Positions 58,698-64,000 of a stretch of 64,000 nt of DNA are shown here, piece by piece (position 1 is the stretch's first letter; the number at the start of each line of letters is the position of its first letter). Origin of the DNA: Candidatus Spongiisociaceae bacterium (lineage in GTDB: Bacteria > Actinomycetota > Acidimicrobiia > Spongiisociales > Spongiisociaceae); contig OZ253564.1 in assembly GCA_965262915.1 (NCBI GenBank), forward strand, positions 4,704,001 to 4,768,000, given 5' to 3'. The translations under genes were made by a program, and so were the position numbers. A model generated the notes under the pieces. The model had not been told where the DNA came from and did no database searches. It saw only the letters and a program-made list of their open reading frames with translations.

Positions 58698-59930
58698 TCA
58701 TGCCTCGAGGTGGGCAGTGACGTTATAGGTGGCTAGCGCCGGGTTGCCATCGGGCGCTATGACCACCTGGGTGACCGAGGTGTTGCCAAGCGATCCGATC
58801 AGTCGGGCCTTGCGGAATCCGAACCCGAAAATCGATCCCGCGTAGGCCCGGATGGCGCCGCCGTGGGACGCGACCGCTACCCGCTGTCCGGGGTGGGTGC
58901 CGTGCAGGGTGTTGAGGAATCCGGCTACCCGATGCTGGACATCGGCCCACGTCTCCCCGGTATGGCCCCGGCGTATGTCGTTCCCGTCACCCGGATATCC
59001 AGCGAGTTTCCCGGCGGCCTCCAGTTCCTCCCACATCTCCCCCTCCCATTCGCCGAGGCTGATCTCGATCAGGTCGTCGATCGGAATGGCCGACCGCCCG
59101 AAGACAATTTCCGCGGTGTTCATCGCCCTGCCCAGCGAGGACGAGTAAAGCTCGTCGACCTCTCCGATCCAGCCCTTCAGTCGGCGGGCCTGGGCGCGGC
59201 CTTTGGGGTGGAGCCCCTCGTCGCGCTGCCCCTGGACCCGACGTTCCAGGTTGGCGTAGGTGACTCCGTGGCGGATCAGGTCGATCACTACCGCCCCCTG
59301 CGTGCGCATGTTCGCAGCCCAGTGACCGACCGGACCGAGATGGGCGGCGTCGTTGTAGCGCCGGAGAGCCGGACCGTAGCTCTCGAACGTCAACTCGCAG
59401 AACGCGGTATTGGTGAGGAACCCGAGCCTGCGCCGTCCGGCGGGGAGTTCCAGAAGGCGCCAGAGTACCGACCCGATCAGGCCCCCATGGGTCACGACCA
59501 GGGCGGTCTCACCGTCGTCGAGCCGGGCCACCAGATCCTCGAGGGCCTCACATCCCCGGTCGGCCACCTGTCCGGGTGACTCGCCGGTCACCCCCATCCG
59601 CATGTCGTAGTCCCAGTGGAGACGTTCTATCTCCTTGGCGTAGCGCTCGACGGCCACCTTCTTGCCGAGACCCTCCCACTCACCTATGTCCCCCTCTCGC
59701 CACAGGAACCGCCGCCGGGGTTCGAACCCGGCCAGCAGGGCGGTATCGATGGAACGTTCCAGATCCGACGATTCGACGATCGCGAACCGTCGACCGGCCA
59801 GCCTCGCTCCTGCCTGCTTGGCTTGGAGCCGCCCGTTCGACGTCATGGGGCTGGACCCGGCGCCTTGGAAGAGACGGCGGGCGTTGGCCTCGGACTCGCC
59901 ATGGCGCATCAGGATCACATGTTTCGCCAA
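58698..59930 (-). CDS. Tandem two-domain histidine phosphatase
   Basis: RHGES..GEWEG..THGG and RHGVT..GEWEG..SHGG. Confidence 0.88.
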   Translation of the reverse strand: MAKHVILMRHGESEANARRLFQGAGSSPMTSNGRLQAKQAGARLAGRRFAIVESSDLERSIDTALLAGFEPRRRFLWREGDIGEWEGLGKKVAVERYAKEIERLHWDYDMRMGVTGESPGQVADRGCEALEDLVARLDDGETALVVTHGGLIGSVLWRLLELPAGRRRLGFLTNTAFCELTFESYGPALRRYNDAAHLGPVGHWAANMRTQGAVVIDLIRHGVTYANLERRVQGQRDEGLHPKGRAQARRLKGWIGEVDELYSSSLGRAMNTAEIVFGRSAIPIDDLIEISLGEWEGEMWEELEAAGKLAGYPGDGNDIRRGHTGETWADVQHRVAGFLNTLHGTHPGQRVAVASHGGAIRAYAGSIFGFGFRKARLIGSLGNTSVTQVVIAPDGNPALATYNVTAHLEA

Positions 59931-60015
59931 GCTATCCCTCCTGCCGGACGTCGTCTTGGATCGCGATCCGTCAACCTAACCGATCCGCCTACCTATGGGA
60001 GAAGCAGGCGGACCA

Positions 60016-62079
60016 CTACACGAAAGCCGCGGCAAAGATCAGCGAAACGATCGTCATCACCTTGATGACGATGTTCATCGCCGGACCCGCGGTGTCCTTG
60101 AAGGGGTCACCCACGGTGTCGCCGATGATTGCGGCCTTGTGCTGATCGGAGCCCTTGCCCCCGAAGGCGCCCGATTCGATCAGCTTCTTGGCGTTGTCCC
60201 AGGCTCCTCCGGCGTTGGCCATGAAGATGGCCAGCAGGAACCCGGTGACCAGCGCCCCCGCCAGCAGCCCTCCCAGCGCCTCCACATCCACGAACCCCAC
60301 CACCAGGGGCAGGGCCACGGCCAGGGACCCGGGAATGACCATCGCCCGCAGGGCGGATCCGGTGGCGATGTCGACCGCCTTGGCGTACTCGGGCTTGGCG
60401 TTCGGATCCCCCGCCAGCAACCCGGGAATCTCGCGGAACTGGCGCCGCACCTCCTCGATCATCCGGAAGGCCGCCCGTCCCACCGCGTTGATGGTCAAGG
60501 CCGCGAACAGGAACGGGAACATCCCGCCGAGGAACAGGCCGACGATGGTGCCCACGTTGGTTATGTCTATCGAGTCCAGCCCCACCGCCTGGGTGAACGC
60601 CGCGAACAAGGCCAGGGCGGTGATCGCCGCCGAGGCGATGGCGAAACCCTTGCCCAAGGCAGCTGTGGTGTTGCCCAGGGCGTCCAACTCGTCGGTGGCT
60701 TCCCGGACCTCCGGGGGCAGATGGGCCATCTCGGCTATCCCGCCGGCGTTGTCGGCAATCGGGCCGTAGGCGTCGACCGCCACGGTGATCCCAAGGGTGG
60801 ATAGTACCCCGATAGCGGCGATGGCCACCCCGTAGATCCCGCCGCCGTCACCGATCGCCCAGTCGCCCGCCGCGTAGGCGCCTGCGATCCCTGCCGCCAC
60901 CACGATGACCGAGAAGGCGGCCGACCGCATCCCCTCGGCGATTCCCGAGAGCACCACCATGGCGGGACCGGTCTCGGCCTGCCGGGCGATCTTCTTCACG
61001 GTCTTGTAGTGATCCGACGTGAAGACCTCCGAGATCTTGCCCACCGCGAGGCCCACCAAGAGGCCGACCAGCACCGCCAAGGCTATACCGAAGGGGTTCT
61101 CGACGCCGTCGGCGCCTCCGAAGATCACGTTGGTGAGTATCAGGGTGCCGATGACGGTCAGGATCACCGCCACGTTGTTGCCCCGGTGCAGCGCCTTGGC
61201 CAGGTTGTCCCCGGTCACCCGTACGAAGAACGACCCGATGATGGCCGCCAGCATCCCGACCGCCGCCACCGCCAGCGGGAACACGATGGCCTCCACCAGG
61301 AACGAGGAGGAGGCGAAGACGATGGCGGCGTAGGCGATCGGCGCCACGATCGAGCCCACGTAGGACTCGAAAAGGTCGGCACCCATACCTGCCACGTCGC
61401 CCACGTTGTCGCCCACGTTGTCGGCGATGACTGCCGGGTTTCGGGGATCGTCCTCCGGGATCCCCGCTTCGACCTTGCCGACCAGGTCGGCCCCCACGTC
61501 GGCCGCCTTGGTGTAGATGCCACCCCCGACCCGGGCGAACAGGGCGATCGAGGACCCCCCGAGTCCGATGGCGGCGATGATGTTGTACTGGTCGGCGTCG
61601 GCGATGTCGAGCACGTTCACGAACAGCAGGTATCCGATCGCCACGCCCAGTAGACCCAGCCCGGCCACGCTGAAACCCATGACCGCGCCGCCCCGGAAAG
61701 CCACCGGCAAGGCCCGCCTGACGCCACCCAGCCGGGCCGCCTCGGTCGTGCGGGAGTTGGCGGCGGTGGCGATCCTCATACCCACGAACCCGGCCCCGGC
61801 CGAGAGCACCGCGCCGAAGATAAAGGCGATGGACCCCCACGGCGCGCCCCACGGAAGGACCACCGAGATCAGGATCGCCAGGACGACGACGAAGACCGCC
61901 ACCCATGTGTACTCCCGCTTCATGAAGGCGTTGGCGCCCTCACGGATTGCTGCTGAGATCTCCCGCATCCGGTCGTTTCCAGGATCGGCGGCCAGCACGA
62001 CCCTGGCGTAGTAGGCGGCCAGGACTAGAGCCGCCAACCCGGCTAGCAGCGCGATCACCAATACGGCGTCTGATGACAT
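60016..62079 (-). CDS. hppA: Membrane-integral pyrophosphatase, K+-dependent, probably Na+-translocating
   Basis: DVGADLVGKVE, DNVGDNVGD, DLFESYVGS, GNTTAA, GDTVGDPFKD. Confidence 0.93.
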   Translation of the reverse strand: MSSDAVLVIALLAGLAALVLAAYYARVVLAADPGNDRMREISAAIREGANAFMKREYTWVAVFVVVLAILISVVLPWGAPWGSIAFIFGAVLSAGAGFVGMRIATAANSRTTEAARLGGVRRALPVAFRGGAVMGFSVAGLGLLGVAIGYLLFVNVLDIADADQYNIIAAIGLGGSSIALFARVGGGIYTKAADVGADLVGKVEAGIPEDDPRNPAVIADNVGDNVGDVAGMGADLFESYVGSIVAPIAYAAIVFASSSFLVEAIVFPLAVAAVGMLAAIIGSFFVRVTGDNLAKALHRGNNVAVILTVIGTLILTNVIFGGADGVENPFGIALAVLVGLLVGLAVGKISEVFTSDHYKTVKKIARQAETGPAMVVLSGIAEGMRSAAFSVIVVAAGIAGAYAAGDWAIGDGGGIYGVAIAAIGVLSTLGITVAVDAYGPIADNAGGIAEMAHLPPEVREATDELDALGNTTAALGKGFAIASAAITALALFAAFTQAVGLDSIDITNVGTIVGLFLGGMFPFLFAALTINAVGRAAFRMIEEVRRQFREIPGLLAGDPNAKPEYAKAVDIATGSALRAMVIPGSLAVALPLVVGFVDVEALGGLLAGALVTGFLLAIFMANAGGAWDNAKKLIESGAFGGKGSDQHKAAIIGDTVGDPFKDTAGPAMNIVIKVMTIVSLIFAAAFV

Positions 62080-62125
62080 GGTTGGAACCTTCTTCCGTGG
62101 AGCGGGTGACCCGAGTATATGGCGC

Positions 62126-62400
62126 GTGCCAGGTGCCAGGTGCCAGGTGTCAGGAGTCAGGTGCCGGTTGCCAGGTGCCAGGTGTTAGGTGCCAGATGCC
62201 AGATGACCGTTCGGGCGACGGGACAGCGCGCGGAATGCCGTGGGCCCTCCCAGCAGGTCAGTAAGCATGGAGCAGCGACCAAGTACCGAACCGGCAAGAG
62301 ACGACACAACTCGAAAACACCGACAACCCTCCAGTCCCACCAGCCACCACTAACACCAAGCACCTAAGACCTAACACCTGAAACAGGTGCCAGGTGTCAG
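62126..62400. repeat. Heptamer (GTGCCAG) tandem arrays in inverted arrangement
   Basis: 11 units at 62126-62202, about 5 reverse-complement units at 62350-62384, 2 direct units at 62387-62400. Confidence 0.85.
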
Positions 62401-64000
62401 GTGCTTTGCTGGGTGAGGGCCTTGCGTTCGGCGCGGCGGGCGTGAAGGATGGGTTCGGTGTAGCCGGAGGGTTGGGTCGTCCCCGCGAAGACCAGATCGC
62501 GGGCAGCTTTGAAAGCCGGACCGTCGAACCCCGGCGCCATCGGTGTGTAAGCCCCGTCCCCGGCGTTCTGGAGGTCCACCACCGCGGCCATCTGCTTCAT
62601 CACGTCCAACACCTGGTCCTCATCCACAACGCCGTGGTGGAGCCAGTTGGCGATGTGCTGGGAGGAGATGCGGCACGTCGCCCGGTCCTCCATCAGCGCT
62701 ACGTCGTTGATGTCGGGAACCTTGGAGCAGCCGATCCCCTGATCGACCCATCGGACCACGTAGCCCAGTATCCCTTGGGCGTTGTTTTCGAGTTCGGCTG
62801 CGATGTCGTCCGGAGCCCAATCGGACCCCTCGGCAACCGGGGCCCTCAACAGGTCGTCGAGCGACCGGTGTGGACGACCCGCCAACTCGTCCTGCCGGCG
62901 GGAGACATCGACGTGGTGATAGTGAGTGGCGTGGAGCGTGGCCGCGGTGGGGGATGGAACCCACGCGCAACCGGCGCCGGCCCGGGGATGCCCGATCTTC
63001 TGCTCCAGCATCGCCGCCATCAGGTCCGGCGCCGCCCACATGCCCTTGCCGATCTGGGCGCGCCCCCGCAGACCGCAGGCGAGGCCGACATCCACGTTCC
63101 GGTCCTCGTAGGCCTCGATCCAGACCTGATCCTTCATCCTGGTTTTTGGAACCATCGGTCCGGCTTCCATGGACGTGTGGATCTCGTCGCCGGTGCGGTC
63201 GAGGAAGCCGGTGTTGATGAATACCAGTCTCGACCGGGCGGCCCGTATGCATTCCTTGAGGTTGAGGGAGGTCCGGCGCTCCTCGTCCATCAGACCGATC
63301 TTGACCGTGTTCGCCGGCAGGCCGAGCACCTCCTCCACGCGGTCGAACACCTCCACAGCGAAGGCCACTTCCGCGGACCCGTGCATCTTCGGCTTGACCA
63401 CGTAGAAGGATCCGGTTCTCGAGTTCCGGTCGGACGTAGCACCCCTGAGATCGTGGCAGGCGATGAGGGTGGTGACCATGGCATCTACGAGCCCTTCGAA
63501 GGCCTCGTTCCCGTCCCGGTCGACGATGGCCGGCGTGGTCATCAGATGTCCCACGTTGCGCACCAGGATCAACGAGCGGCCGGGAAGCGTGAGCGGGGTT
63601 CCGTCCAAAGCCGTGTACGACCGGTCCTCCGCCAGCCGCCGGGTGAAGGTGGTCGCACCCTTGGTCACCTCTGCGGTCAGATCTCCCTTGATCAAGCCGA
63701 GCAGGTTGCGGTAGGCGACCACCTTGTCGGTCGCGTCGACCGCGGCGATGGAATCCTCGAGGTCCATGATGGTGGTCACGGCGGATTCCAACACGATATC
63801 GGCCACCCCGGCCGGGTCGGAGACGCCTACGGGATGGTCCCTGTCGATCACGATCTCGATATGCAGACCGTTGTTACGGAGCAGGACCGAAGACGGTGCG
63901 CCCGGCGCGCCCGTGTAGCCGACCAGTTGCGAGGGCCGGGCCAGAACCGTCGCAGGACTGATGATCTGGCACACCACGAGGTTCCCGTCTGCGACCGAGT
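62397..64000 (-). CDS. glcB: Malate synthase G (5' part outside the window)
   Basis: [59 protein letters not shown]. Confidence 0.95.
   Translation of the reverse strand, partial: SVADGNLVVCQIISPATVLARPSQLVGYTGAPGAPSSVLLRNNGLHIEIVIDRDHPVGVSDPAGVADIVLESAVTTIMDLEDSIAAVDATDKVVAYRNLLGLIKGDLTAEVTKGATTFTRRLAEDRSYTALDGTPLTLPGRSLILVRNVGHLMTTPAIVDRDGNEAFEGLVDAMVTTLIACHDLRGATSDRNSRTGSFYVVKPKMHGSAEVAFAVEVFDRVEEVLGLPANTVKIGLMDEERRTSLNLKECIRAARSRLVFINTGFLDRTGDEIHTSMEAGPMVPKTRMKDQVWIEAYEDRNVDVGLACGLRGRAQIGKGMWAAPDLMAAMLEQKIGHPRAGAGCAWVPSPTAATLHATHYHHVDVSRRQDELAGRPHRSLDDLLRAPVAEGSDWAPDDIAAELENNAQGILGYVVRWVDQGIGCSKVPDINDVALMEDRATCRISSQHIANWLHHGVVDEDQVLDVMKQMAAVVDLQNAGDGAYTPMAPGFDGPAFKAARDLVFAGTTQPSGYTEPILHARRAERKALTQQST

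Noticed and set aside
62126-62400. Possible CRISPR array
   Set aside because: Contiguous 7-nt units without spacers; no cas genes
1-64000. Hundreds of overlapping Arg/Gly/Pro-rich or antisense ORFs in the ORF track (e.g. 50152..52140, 40003..41724, 37234..38715)
   Set aside because: Shadow frames of high-GC genes; they lack motifs and overlap well-supported CDSs

Overview
High-GC actinobacterial DNA. Gene content (actinobacterial-type ino1, PimB-like GT4, DUF222-HNH, VapBC45-like TA, malate synthase G, Na+-type membrane PPase) suggests an Acidimicrobiia-like, possibly marine or host-associated organism; this is inference. From left to right: (1) a Phd/VapC TA pair; (2) a divergent nucleoside/methylthio-sugar catabolic cluster (aldolase-SDR fusion, two SDRs, DUF985 cupin, MtaD-like deaminase | mtnA, BMP-type ABC importer); (3) a MITE, LysR/ino1 and a BisC/TorA-like molybdoenzyme with one in-frame TAG; (4) a nucleoside phosphorylase, an internally deleted mini-copy of adenosine deaminase and the intact add; (5) a minus-strand operon of a thioredoxin-domain protein, a selenoprotein missed by the ORF track (in-frame UGA in D-U-G-S-C-x-x-C, with a SECIS-like hairpin 11 nt downstream) and ackA; (6) an accessory island (VapBC, 1787-aa exonuclease-RecQ-UvrD double helicase, AAA-DUF4143, frameshifted DUF222-HNH, displaced nuoN fragment, DUF433/PIN TA); (7) an 11-subunit complex I (nuoABCD-HIJKLMN, no nuoEFG) with a MITE at the nuoC/nuoD junction; (8) assorted housekeeping genes, two copies of a ~215-bp promoter-bearing dispersed element, hipBA, tpx, hppA, heptamer repeats and a partial glcB. 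The best candidate for an undescribed system is the Trx-domain + UGSC selenoprotein + acetate kinase operon, which resembles a compact glycine/proline-reductase-like selenoenzyme. No rRNA, tRNA or CRISPR array was recognised.
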